Part shown: positions 1-13,129 of the stretch, in pieces
Layout of the letters: each line of letters starts with the position of its first letter
Numbering within the stretch: the first letter of the stretch is position 1
From: Iphione sp. A-MEVVRFRX5
Lineage: Eukaryota
Assembly: GCA_976226885.1 (NCBI GenBank)
Contig: OZ320321.1
Span: 35,836,001-35,900,000, forward strand
Reading direction: 5' to 3'
Length of the DNA: 64,000 nt
The notes under the pieces: generated by a model
Told to the model about the DNA's origin: nothing
What the model saw: only the letters and a program-made list of their open reading frames with translations
The model's database searches: none
Program-made: the position numbers and the translations under genes

Positions 1-504
1 GAGGTGGGAGAGAAGGAGGGGGAGCCGGCCATCCGAACCGGCAGGTGATAGGTGGTGGTGGTGGTGGGGGGCTGACAGGTGAGTGACACCTGGTAAGACA
101 CTGTCTTGAAGAGGGTCAAGTGGTACTAGCTCCCATCGATAAGTGGACTCAAAACGTGGAGAGGTAGGGAGAGCAATTAATGGCCCGCCAAAATTAGGCA
201 CCGGCAAATTCTTAGTTTTACCAATAAAATGGACAGATAATACAACGAGGAAAAACTTGTATGCCAGTGCTGACCTTCAGCGAAAGATCCAGTCCATATA
301 CAGTTTACCTGACGACGGATGAGTTTTGCACATGAGGAAGAAGTAGAGGCGAACTATTGAGAGGGGTGCGCAATGATTTAAGATTTGAATTTCGCCCTAC
401 TTTTGCAAAGCAGTTACCGTTACAGATGCTCATATTGGTCATATAGGTAAGCTCATATAGATTAGACTGGTGAGAAAAAAGGTAATGTATTACATGTACA
501 TGTA

Positions 505-663
505 TAGTCGAAACTCTATTTAAGACAGTTCCTATTTGAGTTGATATTTGTGGGAACCAAGTATTTGATCTCTATGATTATTAATTATCGATTTCAGACC
601 AAACTAACAAATCAGACCACATTTGGTAGGACCCAAGGGGTGGTCTTAAGTAGGTTTCGACTG
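505..663. mobile_element. Degenerate Tc1/mariner-type MITE
   Basis: Imperfect terminal inverted repeats (TAGTCGAAACTCTATTTAAGAC ... GTCTTAAGTAGGTTTCGACTG) of the CAGTCGAAAC type; a relative lies at 23264-23442. Confidence 0.45.
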
Positions 664-2899
664 TGTTTGGTTGCCGTTTTCTCTCATTAAATTCATTACG
701 TCACAGATGGCCGAATGGTGAACCAAACTGAAAGATGCGTCGTAAGAATGGCTCAGATGATGAGCTTAGCATAAAGGAAGAACACTTAAAAGATAGAGGA
801 GACATTCAGAGGATGAAATTCAAAGAAAAAAGGGACTAGAGGGGGACCACGTGCCATACACAGAAACTAAATGCCAGACATGAACTTTATATAAATTATG
901 GAAGGCACGTCCTTATTCAACTGCCTTTCACCTTGTTATGCAATCATTGATGAAAACGTATCGACGTTGTATATTTATAAGGCGATCCCTAAGGTCAATA
1001 AGTAGACCTAGTAAAAACGATCTGTGTTTCTGGTAACCTGACCAACATTATATTGTGGCCATACATTTACTTTTTTTATTGTTTTGTGTATATCTTCAGG
1101 ATGGGTAATGGTAGAGACATATAGAGTATACCGTCTTGTTGCTTGCATTATTAGCTTTCATTTGATATGAGTTTCATTAAAATCTAAATAGTAAAACCTA
1201 CGTAACCATATACATATGTTGCTTTGAGTATTAAGGTTGAAAAAGAATTTTAAAAAAACCTCAGCAACCTACTGGCCCTCTATTTTTTCAGCTTGTTACC
1301 AGAGACACAGATTTTTTAGGCCCTGTGTACATTATACTCTCACCCATTGTGTCGATCTATATAAAATACCAACGAATCTGATTTCCTAAATGGGTTTGGA
1401 ATGGAAATGGAAATGTATGACTGTATCTCATATAGAAGACTATTGAACGCAGTGAGTTTTACTTATTATTTGTAAGGTTATTCCAGTTTTTAAGGCACTT
1501 CAAATAGAATAACTTGCCTTTACATGAGTACATATGTGAGAATCAATTGTAAGGCACAGCTTTTATATGGTAAAAGCTTAATGTTGACATAGAAAGAGAA
1601 AAATCCTTATGATGCATGCTCACTGCGTATGTTAACCAGGTTTGATGAATAGTTTACTCAGATCCTTCTGTTATCTATCAGTGACTAAGGTTTATCATCA
1701 AGCCAAATACATGTACTTTTTCTATTCAAACCAGATAAATGTTCATTTTAAAATCATACCTGAAAATGATAAAAATGATATACAGGAGTCCCTCAACATC
1801 TGACAATTGAGGAAAGGCAATACCTTCTGACCAACTGTAGTTTTGATTAACAGAAAATATATTTATTCATAAAAGAATCCTAAACCAACAGTTTCAATAT
1901 CCCCAATTTATTCATCAGAACCCAAAGGTTCAGTTATGGAGGAACCACTGTAGTTCAGACTCCAACAAGGGAAATATCTCCATTTTAAGAATCATAATAA
2001 TCAATAATATTTCATGGTCAAAAATATTTTAGAATAGTGCACGTTATTTGATTTTTTTTTCAAGATGCAAGATTCTTTATTTATTATCTTCGCGGGTTAG
2101 CACAAAGCTCTCTATGACCAATATGCAACACAATTGACTAAACTTGTTCAAGAGACCTCAAGTCACATTCACATTCTACAAGGGATACATCACAGTGCAA
2201 CATTCCTTACTGCAATCTTCCAATATGGAGTACAAGATTGATCACGAGGACAACACCGTGTGCAGTTTCCCAACCATATTAGATACTTCTGACCCATGCA
2301 GCACCAATAGATAAATCCTCTTATGTAGGTTCTGAGCAATTCCACCGAATACAAAAAAAAGATACCTCACAGTTTGACGTTCTTACAACTATTCTCCGTT
2401 CCGACACATGCAGCACCAATACATAAATCCTTTTAAGTAGGTTCTGAACAATTCCACGAAATACAGAAAGATACATCCCAGCTTGGCGCCCTAACAACTA
2501 TTCCCGTTTCATTGCCTCCCCAAATACATGTATATAGCGTTGCATATTCAATTAACACAGTTTGCTTTGCATAGCCATATGATCCACCCCCACATTAATT
2601 TACCATATAGAAAATATCCCTTGGTTACCCCTGTACAACATTCTCTTTGCACGGCCTCATAGAACTACCTTTGACATAGATGTATGATACACGTTCCATC
2701 AATCTGTTTTTTCTTTATCATTACCATTACATTCCCTTCGCTACCCAGATAAAGACATTGGGTTATAGCTCACCCTCCAATGATAACTCCATACTGTCCC
2801 GCTATCACTACAGCTTCTCACGTATGACTAATGGCCCACCCTGGAGGCAATTTCTGCCATGGGAAGTGTTACCCGGATTTTGTATGCTGGTGAATTATT

Positions 2900-3660
2900 A
2901 TCCCACCACCCATAAATACGACTATCGCCTTAACACACTTTACCACGTTTCTCATCTCCTTTGATACATGATGACCTTAAGGGCACCCCTTGAGGACCAG
3001 CTTATGCGCAGAATTCACAGGTTGCAGCAGCGCTTTCCTTCTCCGCACACTGGCATAGTTCAAGCTACAGGTCAATTTGGGGTGTGTGAGTTTACCCCTG
3101 ATCTCACCAGCTTCTCTTGTTTTACCCTTCCTTGCAACCGGCAGAAGACCCAGGCCCATCGTATGATGCACTGCTGTTATACCCTTCCGCCATTATTGCT
3201 GTTCTGACCCTCTCAAACCCAAGGCCATGGTGGATTTGCCTGGCACATAATGGCCTTCCTGCTTGTACCCCTACTCGGACACATTTATTTTAGTGTATCT
3301 GCAGTCGTGCAACATCCGATTCTTACAGTTCAATGTAGAGACCAGCCCCATACTGCAGGTGCAGGATCACAAGTGCCTTTGTAAGATGCACCCTTGACTT
3401 CAACGGGACAAAAGATTTAACTCTTCCAACTTGCATAACGGCTCTGCACATTCTTGCCTTTACACCCTTGATGCTCTCCTTGAGGGTAAGGCCAGCATCA
3501 ATCCTGTATCCTAGGAGGTCGAGCATCGCTGTGCATTTAAGCTGGCCACCCTGTAGGACTAGGTCCAAATCAACATCCCTTGCTCTCTTGACAGGCATGT
3601 ACATGCATTTGTTTGCACTTAGTACCAGCCCATGACGTACACACCATTCGGACACATATT
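2900..3660 (-). mobile_element. 3' fragment of a CR1/L2(Crack)-group LINE, reverse transcriptase C-terminal region, decayed
   Basis: ORF 3323-3655: WCVRHGLVLSANKCMYM...LGYRIDAGLT...LTKALVILHLQYG matches the non-LTR RT thumb pattern W..NGL.LN..KC..M / LG..ID..L / LYKALV.PHL.YG; stops and frameshifts downstream; boundaries approximate. Confidence 0.75.
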
Positions 3661-4225
3661 TTAAAATCCTTTTTCTATTCAGATCTAAAATATTTGGCCA
3701 GGAACATTCGTCAGCAAGTCCAAAACTATCAGGATTGGTGTGGGCATAACCATCAAGAGCTTTTCAAGAAAACCAAGTGTGTACAGAAGATGAAAGTACA
3801 TAACAAGCCCAACGGAAGAACAGAATGAGAAGTACTTAATGATCATAAACACAGACAGAATTGTTTACATCCATGTCTTTGTGAAGAAGATGACAAAAAC
3901 ATACATGAAATTCACTTGCTTATCTCAGGAAACTAGCAGGAAAGCCACCTGACTTTTTTGCTATGAACAAAGTGAAATATTTGCAGGCGGAAGGACCTAG
4001 AGAAGATATCTCTGGCATGCCAAGTCATGTCAGAGCAGGTTAGGAAAATTATTTCCATAGTCTAATATGTACAGTCAGAACTCGATATCTGAATTCTCTC
4101 TGTTTCACAACGTTTTGGTCAGATATTCAGTAGGTTTGGATATTGAGTGCTTTTTTTCTTGTAGTAAAACACCCTTTTGTATCGACAAAAACAATTTGAA
4201 AATGGGTAAATTTGGATGATAATTT

Positions 4226-5290
4226 TGACCTCTTCCGAAAGCTCTCCTCAGACCTCGCAGGTTCAACAGACACCAAAGCCCTATCAGGGCCCTTCCGAAA
4301 GTTCTCCCCAAACTCATGTATCTAAGCCCCATAAGGGCCACCTCTAGAAACAAATAGCCACCCAAGGCCCTACCAGGGCCCCTCTGAAAGTAAAATAGAC
4401 ACCAAGGCCCTATCAGGGCCCCTTCCGAAAGTTGCTCCCAAAACTCATATATCTAAAAGCCCCATAAGGGCCACCTCCAAACGCAAAATAGCCAACCAAG
4501 GCCCTATCAGTGCCCCTCCGAAAGTTAAAATAGTCACCAAGGCCCTATCAGGGCCCCTCCGAAAGTTCTCCCATCTAAGTCCCATAAGGGCCAGCTACAA
4601 ATGCAAATAGCCGAAAATCAGGGCCCCATCAGGGCCCCTCCGAAAGTAAAATAGACACGGAGGCCCTATCAGGGCCCCTTCCCGAAAGTTCCCCCAGACC
4701 TCACACAGCTAAGCCCATTTGGGCCACGTCCAAACGTAAAATAGCCAACCAAGGCCCTATCAGGGCCCCTCCGAAAGTTAAAATAGTCACCAAGGCCCTA
4801 TCAGGGCCCCTCCGAAAGTTCTCCCATCTAAGCCCCATAAGGGCCAGCTACAAATGCAAATAGCCAAAACCAAGGCCCTATCAGGGCCCCTCCGAAAGTA
4901 AAATAGACACGGAGGCCCTATCAGGGCCCCTTTCCGAAAGTTCCCCCAGACCTCACACAGCTAAGCCCATTTGGGCCACCTCCAAACGCAAAATAGCCAA
5001 CCAAGGCCCTATCAGTGCCCCTTCGAAAGTTAAAATAGTCACCAAGGCCCTATCGGGGCCCCTCTGAAAGTTCTCCCATCTAAGCCCCATAAGGGCCAGC
5101 TACAAATGCAAATAGACAAAACCAAGGCCCTATCAGGGCCCCTCCGAAAGCAAAATAGCCACCAAGGCCCTATCAGGGCCCCTTCCGCCGTTCCGCAAGA
5201 ACAGCCCTCTAAGGGCTCTTCCGAAAGCCACCTCAAACCGCACTTGCAAGATTCTTCTCTGCCAGAACAACGGCCCTTCCAGGGCCATCA
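4226..5290. repeat. Higher-order tandem repeat (about four 252-256 bp units built from 37-80 bp subunits with a GGCCCT-ATC-AGGGCC hairpin)
   Basis: The ATAGAC(A/C)C marker recurs near 4395, 4651, 4903 and 5155; the core CCAAGGCCCTATCAGGGCCCCTCCGAAAG repeats many times. Confidence 0.9.
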
Positions 5291-6019
5291 TCTGAAAGTA
5301 TACCATCCCCCCCAGCGGCGAACCAGACCTTGACACCGGCGCACCAGGAGTCCAACAACACAAGCCCCACCAAACGTCAGACACCAAACTGCCACCAGTC
5401 CCCACCAAAGAACAACATCGGAGATCAGACGCTCCAAATAACAAGGCAATTGTGCTGCCCATTGGGCGAAGCACCTGACTGGCCCCTCCGGGGCCAGCCT
5501 AACCAGCTCCAACTCCAATGATAATTTTGAATCTTTTTTTAGAGACGTTAATAGCTGCTACGTAGGTGGCAAAATGCATGGACATTCCCAGACATGAATG
5601 CTGTTCATAGCATCATCGTACATCCTCAAAATCATGTACCTCAGGGAGTAAAAGCCATCAGTGAACCTTCTGTAAAAGGGTATTGCTGAATATCCAGGAT
5701 ATGTGGTCTAGAGGTATGAAAGCTGTGAAATGTTTTGCTAGAAACTTCAAAGACGGCAAAAGGCTTATATATTTGGTAAAAATGTATGTACAAGTAGGAT
5801 ATCATAACGTTTCATTTTAAAAGAATGGCCCGTGCAGTGTATTCAGTTTCATTCACGTTTTCATTCCCAGCTGATGATAAGCAATAGAGTATGATAATAT
5901 TTTGATTTAACTCTAGATATCTGGATATAAATGGACCTACTACTCAAGAGATTAGACACTTTTGACTTTTTTTAAAGGCGAGTTAAGCCTAGCTATCTAC
6001 CTTGACAGAATTGACTCTT

Positions 6020-6339
6020 GTGTGGGAGATATATGGGAGGGAGAAACCTAGGTATGGAGGGGGGTATCTTTTTAAAAATTTGTTTCCACTTTCTTCCTCT
6101 GGTTTTCAATAATAATACAATATGTAGAGTTTTGACTAATTTGCATGCGTTTTACAGTTTTTTTGCTAAATTTCCATGGATTTTATTGTTTTCTTCTGAA
6201 TTTATTAAAAACATGACGTGAAAACATTTATCTAAGAAAATTCAGCCTTGGAAACTCTTTGGGGCCAAAATCCTTTTAGGTAGGGTGATGTTTTACTAGG
6301 TAGGGGTGGATAACCAGAAACACACCTATTTTTTTGGCC
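6020..6339. mobile_element. PIF/Harbinger (Tourist-like) MITE, reverse-oriented copy
   Basis: Ends ACCAGAAACACACCTATTTTTTTGGCC|TTA; internal sequence matches the copies at 23517 and 51619; the left end is degenerate. Confidence 0.7.
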
Positions 6340-8057
6340 TTACCCCAAATTCAGGTTGTACTTGGGACAACTGTTGGATTACCTTCTTCTGTCGTAATGA
6401 TTTCCTTTGTTATTTGTGTGCTCCATTACACTAAAAACCTATTCTGAGGAGATTCTTTATACTGATTGGAATTGTTCTTTTTTATCAGATCATAGGGGGA
6501 TCTTTACTGTCAGGCCCGCACTATTTCAGCAGTATTACACATGCTTCATTTTAGTTTACATTATTAAAATCCCCTCATATTTATAACATGCTTATATTCC
6601 CTCTTGTCCCTTTGGGCATTTTGTCCAAACCAGTTTGGGGAAAGTCTGTTTATGAGATTGAGATTGAGACTTTTTATTTACTTCTCAGTGATACATGAGA
6701 GGGGTCTTCCAGTGAATGTTGAAAACATTAACAGTTAGAAATAGAAAACTAAATTGGATTAAAACAATAGGCGAATAATAGAGGTCACGATAGATAAATA
6801 GTAACGAAAGGTTAATTGATGCTAAATATTGAGATATCATGATCCTAGTTACGAGTTGAGAAAATTTCCTGTAAGACAACCCTTGCAATTCACGGCTTGA
6901 TCAATCACTTCATACAGACAGTAGGGCGAGGACAGTACAGCTGTACTTAATAACAACAAAGTACATGATCACAACTGAAATCCTATGCTTTTTTTGAGCT
7001 TAAACTACCCCTACGTCCTCTCTCTCTTTGTTCCTATCGTCCCTCTGAGTAAATTATTCTATGTAACTATACTGTGTTCGACTCCTCTCTTGAAATTTTG
7101 CCAGCTAATTATAAGAGCTGTTCTCGCTTCGCTGACGAAATGTGGTCCGAGCTTGATCAAGGTTCAAACCCTGGTCTCCTACCTGTGTTCTTCACTCTGT
7201 TAAGTACCTATGTGAGGGCCAGTGCTCTTATCCACTGCGCCCCAGAGGACGAACATTGGTTAGGCAATAATTTTATCATTCATTGCAAGGTTTAAGTTGA
7301 TCTGTGGTTAGATGTTTTATATTTCAATTAAATATACTTTCATAAATGTACTAATGTGGGGAAAGACCCCCACAACCGCCTTTCTTTTCTTTTTTTTCAT
7401 TAATTAATGGTATCTTTAGCATGACCTCCAGAAATGTTTGCCACTTTTTCATCAATGCAATCCATCTTTAGTGAAACATCCAGTAAAATTTGTGACTTTG
7501 CATAAATTAAATGTATCTTTAAGTACCTCTGGAAAAATTAGCCAATTTTCATAAATTTCATGCATCTTTAGCATAGCAGTGGGAAACATCCCTTTTTTTC
7601 TTTCATTAATGTGGGGGAGGCAATCCACAGTCCCTTTTCTCTTCTTTTTCAAACATTAATTATGTTACTTAAAGTACAGATTCTTTTTAGACCAACATAC
7701 ATTATATTTTCCTGCCTACCTATAGTGTACTGCCCCTTTCGCTCTCTTTCTACAAACCTTCTTGACTGGGTCGGCAAATGACACAATTAGGATTGAATCA
7801 CTCAGAATAAGCGAGGGGTTTGATTGGAACTTGTCAGTCATCTCAGCTGTCGCCTTGTAGCCCTCTAGTCTGGTAGATGGGGAGGGGAAAAAACCTTCTA
7901 GACTGTGTTGGCGGTGTTCAAACCCTGGCCTTCTACCTATGTAGACTGATATGGGAAGGGGGGGGGGGTTGAAAGCCACCTCATTTTCGACTCGTTGGAC
8001 TTAATCCTCTTGATGTGGTCGGCAAATCACTCAGTTGCGGGGAGGGTTGTTCAAATT

Positions 8058-8148
8058 AGATAAAGTTTTCATGGAGACAATTACACTCATAATGTCCTCA
8101 TGAACTTGAATATTATATTGTGTAATTGTCTCCAATTGTACTTTATCT
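8058..8148. repeat. Short fold-back (mini-MITE-like) palindrome
   Basis: AGATAAAG..TGGAGACAATTACAC ... GTGTAATTGTCTCCA..CTTTATCT inverted arms. Confidence 0.7.
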
Positions 8149-8499
8149 CATACCTACAAAGGAAGGCTTGGTCACTCAGTTCACTCAGTGAGGACAGCAG
8201 AACACTACTTCTTAACAACAGAGTACATGATCACGAATGACCACCTATGTTTTCTTTTGACACTCTCTAGGCGTTTCTGAGCAGAGGTTAGCATATTCCA
8301 CGCATTCGTCCCTTGGTACCAGAATGACCTTTTCTACATGGTGCTTTTTGATTTGCTCTGCACAAGCAAGGAACCTAGGCTATGTCTAGTTGTCCTTCCA
8401 CTATTCTTTATGTTACAGAACCCTAAAAGGTACATCCTGTGCATCAACAATTTTAGTTAGGATCCACCTATGCTCATTAATGATAAGAGATAAAACACA

Positions 8500-9260
8500 C
8501 CTCTGAGTGAAAGCGCAGACCGATCAGTTTAGAGAGTGCCTAGCAAAACTATGTGCACCGTTAAATTCTATTTGCAGATCATTCATATTGTTTTTACAGA
8601 CAGTTGCAACAAATGGGAGACCATATTCAAAGAGACAGGTAATGAAAGCTTTGAAAAAATATATATATATATATATATATATGCGATGCTCAAAGCTTCT
8701 ATATTTAGCAACCTTAGGGCGTAGACTCTTTGTTCGAGTTTGCTTCTGGTTTTTGCTACTTCATCACGCTGTAACCCAGGACGTCACATAGCGTGCTTCT
8801 CAGACTTTGGTTTCCAATAGACAAATTAAAATGAAACCCTCTTGCTTTGCTGAATGGCATATAGGATGTCTTGCTTTGTTAGCAATTAAACCATTCTTGT
8901 GACACAATTTTATAAAATCTTTCATCCCTCTCTGAAGTTTGAGCTGCAAAGCAACAACATTTAAGATTGTAAAATACAATGAAAGGTCATCTGCATAGAT
9001 ACGTTTGTGATTACCAGGGCTCTTGGGAGCGAATTTATCATATCAAAGAGCAAAGGGCCTACTTGGCTCCCTTGTGGTACCCCTTGCCTTATTGGTAGTA
9101 TCTGTGACACATGATCATTACATTTGACATACTGCAATCGGTTGGATAGGTATAACATGATCCAATTTAACGTGAGCGTACTAGGACCTGCTTTAGATGA
9201 CTCTTCAACCAACAGACTGTTATTAATTATATAAGATGCCATGGTCATATCGACAGATAA
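8500..9260 (-). mobile_element. CR1/L2-group LINE reverse transcriptase fragment, decayed
   Basis: ORF 8961-9248 contains WIMLYLSNRLQYVKCN...SQILPIRQGVPQGSQVGPLLF, the canonical RT GVPQGS.LGP motif; boundaries approximate. Confidence 0.85.
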
Positions 9261-12200
9261 GGCAGCAGAGTAAAATTATCATTTATGTCATTATAACATT
9301 ATACGTGTCCCTCAAAAACGCTGATACTGCTATTGAAGTACTGTTGCTGCCTGAAACCATGTTGTTGGTTACAAAAAAGCCTGCAACCCCATTAAAGAAC
9401 CTTCATTCACAGAAGCTTCTTAATACAGGCATACGTATACCCGCTGCTGCTTATACAGACACTATAGATCCAACTTGGCGGTAAAAATCTAACAGCCCAT
9501 CCTCGAAACCGTGAAGCCGGAACAGGAAATTCATTAAATTCATTCACCACCTGTATTTGATATATCTGCACAGTTATCAGCCATATCAAGTACAGATGGT
9601 ATTATGTAAATGGTCATCATCAATGAGAAAGAGGAAAAGCGCCATCAAGTTACAATAATTCCTTGAGGATGGCCTAGGAAAGAGAAGAGACCCAAATGAG
9701 GGCCAAGTATTGAAGAACTACCGGGAATTATCTTACAGGAAATATAGACCAGGAAGGGGATATCCCCTCGACGTTGTAATGTGGATTATTAAAAACGAAA
9801 CAAGGGTATCAACACGTGAGGAAGTCTAAAATACCTATGATTGATGTAATATAAGATATTACCAGCTCCAGTAACGTTATTTTTATACGCCAACATTCTA
9901 AGTTCACGTTTCAGATTCACTGAAGGCTTTGTATGGAAGAAAGTAAAGGATATGTACGAGCCCGGACAAATACTTATTGCATATGCGATTTTGTTGATGG
10001 AAACCGATACCTTTCGAGGGAAAATATAGGGGAAGGAGATTAATTGATACTGGACCACCACTCTCCGCGAAAAGATCCTCAACGCTTTGATTAATCAATT
10101 TTACACGTTTTAACCAGAATTACCGAATGATTCTCCTAGGTATAGGATTCCCCGTCTACTGGTTTATCCTTTTCTGCTTTCATGACTTGTTTTGCCTCAC
10201 TGATGTATACCCACTGGAGATCTGGAGAGTACATGTACATGTACTTACCTTTGTCAGCGTCTGACTTCGATTTCCTCATACCTCTCAGCTGCTCTAATTA
10301 GTATTGCACTTAAAAGAACTATTTCATATTTGTTCATGGTGAAAGGAAACCTATATATGTCGTCTCCGAAGGTGATTTTGTGGAAAGAGAGACGACACTG
10401 GTAATCTTATTAACAACGATACTTATTTCTGAAACATTAATGGTGATATGGTTTATCAGGAGAGTGCACTAAGATTGGGGCGCAAAGGTAAATACATATA
10501 GGTAAAGTGGGGGAGAGGACTGTCAAATGTACATCAGCCTCTAAACAGATGTGTGAGGAGTGGAAAATTGAGAATTTGTGCGTATCGAAAGGGGATACGA
10601 TAAGGCAAGAAAGGAGAAGATGATTGCACGATGCAAAGGGAATGTAGGATTACGATTCATGAAAAATATCGACCAAAAGCACACGCGGATGGATACAAGA
10701 AAGGAAAGTAATTATGACATCGAGATATGGGAGACAAATGGACAGATAGATTACACACTTGACTTTTATTACGACAGACACACAGACGGACATATTTGAC
10801 AAAGGGATAGGTCCACACTGTTATCGATAAATGTGGCAAGAGTCGATGAGCTTGCATCCAAATGCTGACTTGAGGTTTTCATTTCTACATAGTTCAAACC
10901 CTACGTTGAAATGTTAAGAACATACAAAACTTTCCTGTTCTAACATGACCCTATGATTGAAGAGTCCTATCGCTTTGGTCCACGTTGTTTTAATCTACAT
11001 GTGCATCACTCGGAATAAATGTGAGCCAGGTGGTGTTAGGTACGATCTCACCTGGTGGTGCGGGATGAGACTAAGACTAGACTGGCTGCTACGTCGTAAA
11101 AATGTCTACCGTCATTAATATCCTAGACTAAGATGGATTCATCTACTTTAGGTGTGTCATCGTGGGATGTAGTCTTATGGATAGGGACGGTACTAATACG
11201 AAATTAAAATGTCAATTTAAATTCATGAATATGTTTTGGTCTACTATACTAATATTACTTTTCTAATGAAAGGTGTTACATGCAAGGGTTTGTGTGTTGG
11301 GCATGCGTGTTGAGTAGTATTTACGTCAAACTGAGCTAGATCACGTGTCTTACCTCTCGTCTCCGATTCAGCTATAAAATCAACAACTTCATTATACATG
11401 ACATCAAAAGCAGAAAAAGTGGTTGTAATAGGTGAATATCAGTGAAGAACAACACAATGTGATACATGAAGAAGAGAATATATGGAAGTCAGGCCTATTG
11501 GGATACAATGCTGCTCTTTCCACTCTTGTCACTGTTTTTTTTTTCAACGCTACGTCATATTGCCGTGTAAATATCATTTATGTGTACTATCCTGACGTCC
11601 ACTGCCTCCTCTTTTACTTCTACTAAACGTTGACGGATTAGTGAGGAATTCCCAGTGCTCCAGGATAGCCTACGGATAGCAGAAGATGACAAAAATCTAA
11701 TTCCGAAACGGTCTTTCTCCTCCAGAATCTGTGTACCCTCCAAACGGTCTGCCAGCAACAGCTTTCATTCAAGGCCCACTCACCTTGGTATCAAAGGTAT
11801 AACCCGGGCTGAAAGAGGCCGAGAGACATGGCCGCGTCTCTCATATATTAACAAAAGTGCTGGGTGACGCCTTCGGCTAAATTCAATTACTCCTGTCTGC
11901 ACCCGTAGTATTGTGGTGGGAGGCCTCGCTATTTGTCGGTAGGGGGCGTAGGGGCGTTGGGGGCGGGGGTTGTCTCTTGCCTCTTTCCCGGCGGCCAGAC
12001 TCTTGCGGCACAAGGGGGCGGTCCATAGGCTTGCTAATAAAATAGCACCACCCCACGACTCAGCTGGGCCCCCCCTCTCTCTTGATATTGTTAGTTTTTC
12101 TTCATAGGTTTTACGTTTCCTCGGCCATTTTTGCCCCCCTCCCCGTCAGGAGGGAAATTGGCGGATACGACGAGAGCTTTGGCCGCGCGCTCCGTCGCGC

Positions 12201-13129
12201 GGGCCCCGGCTTGCCACCAGAGGGCGTCATGTGGCTTCTCGCTGTGTGGAAAATTCAATTAAGATGGTGATTGGATACGTTGAAGCGGCGTCTCAGATTC
12301 GGAATTAATCACGAGCACATCACGCTGAAATCGCACAAGGGATAGACAGTTTTGTTATCTTATTTCGCCGCCGTGACGAAGCCCCTCCATAGCCAGCCCC
12401 TGCTGCACTTGCCGCCTGCCCAGCACCGCGCCCTTACTGGCTATAACCAGCATTGGTCACACTCTTTTGTTGTCTGTAACTCCGTCAGGGGAGCAGCTGA
12501 GGCTTCGAATCGACCGCCATTGGCACTTTGTAGGGATTCCTGCTTCTCGTTATAGTCCGCGAGCAAATAACGAACTCATCGCAAACAGGCCTCCGTGTAA
12601 GAAGTTGTCGATCAATTATGTCATTTGATTAGCATTAGACGAGCCCGGTCAAGACGCGGAGGGAGCAGCACGCCTTTAGTTAACAAGCAGAATGAACAGT
12701 ATCAGAAGAAGGTCATGCATAACTCTGGATGAACAGGATCGCGTTCATTTTATAATGGCATATTACTATGTCAATTCCATTCCACATCAGAATACTTACA
12801 GCATTGCCTAAACCGGGCAATTTTAAACTCATACAAAGAGGCGAATATACCGTATAGCAACACACTTTGTGGACAACTCATAGTGAAGGGCGCATTTGGT
12901 TAGTCCTAATGATTTATTTTGAATAATATAACTGACTCTTGAAAGTGAAAATTGAATGGTCCCATTGGTGGTCTTTTAATTCTCCGTTGTTTCTGTATAA
13001 CGGTAAATATAAGAGAGAGCTTTGTTCTGTGATGGAGTTTTACTCTTCCTCTTATGCCGAGCATCTACTGTTCTGTCGGGTGGTCTGGATATACATGATG
13101 AATGGAAGTCCTGGCTTCTGCGTAAACTA

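Noticed and set aside
4226-5290. CRISPR array (palindromic repeats separated by short spacers)
   Set aside because: The spacers are themselves repeated in a higher-order pattern, there are no cas genes, and the context is a eukaryotic genome with spliceosomal introns
4105-5521. Multiple ORFs across the satellite
   Set aside because: Repetitive translations produced by the tandem repeat; no domain signature
5560-10400. Several AG...GT-bounded minus-strand segments tested as sFRP exon 2 (near 5640, 6400, 8150, 10250-10400)
   Set aside because: In the required phase they give stops or no Cys pattern of the sFRP linker or NTR domain
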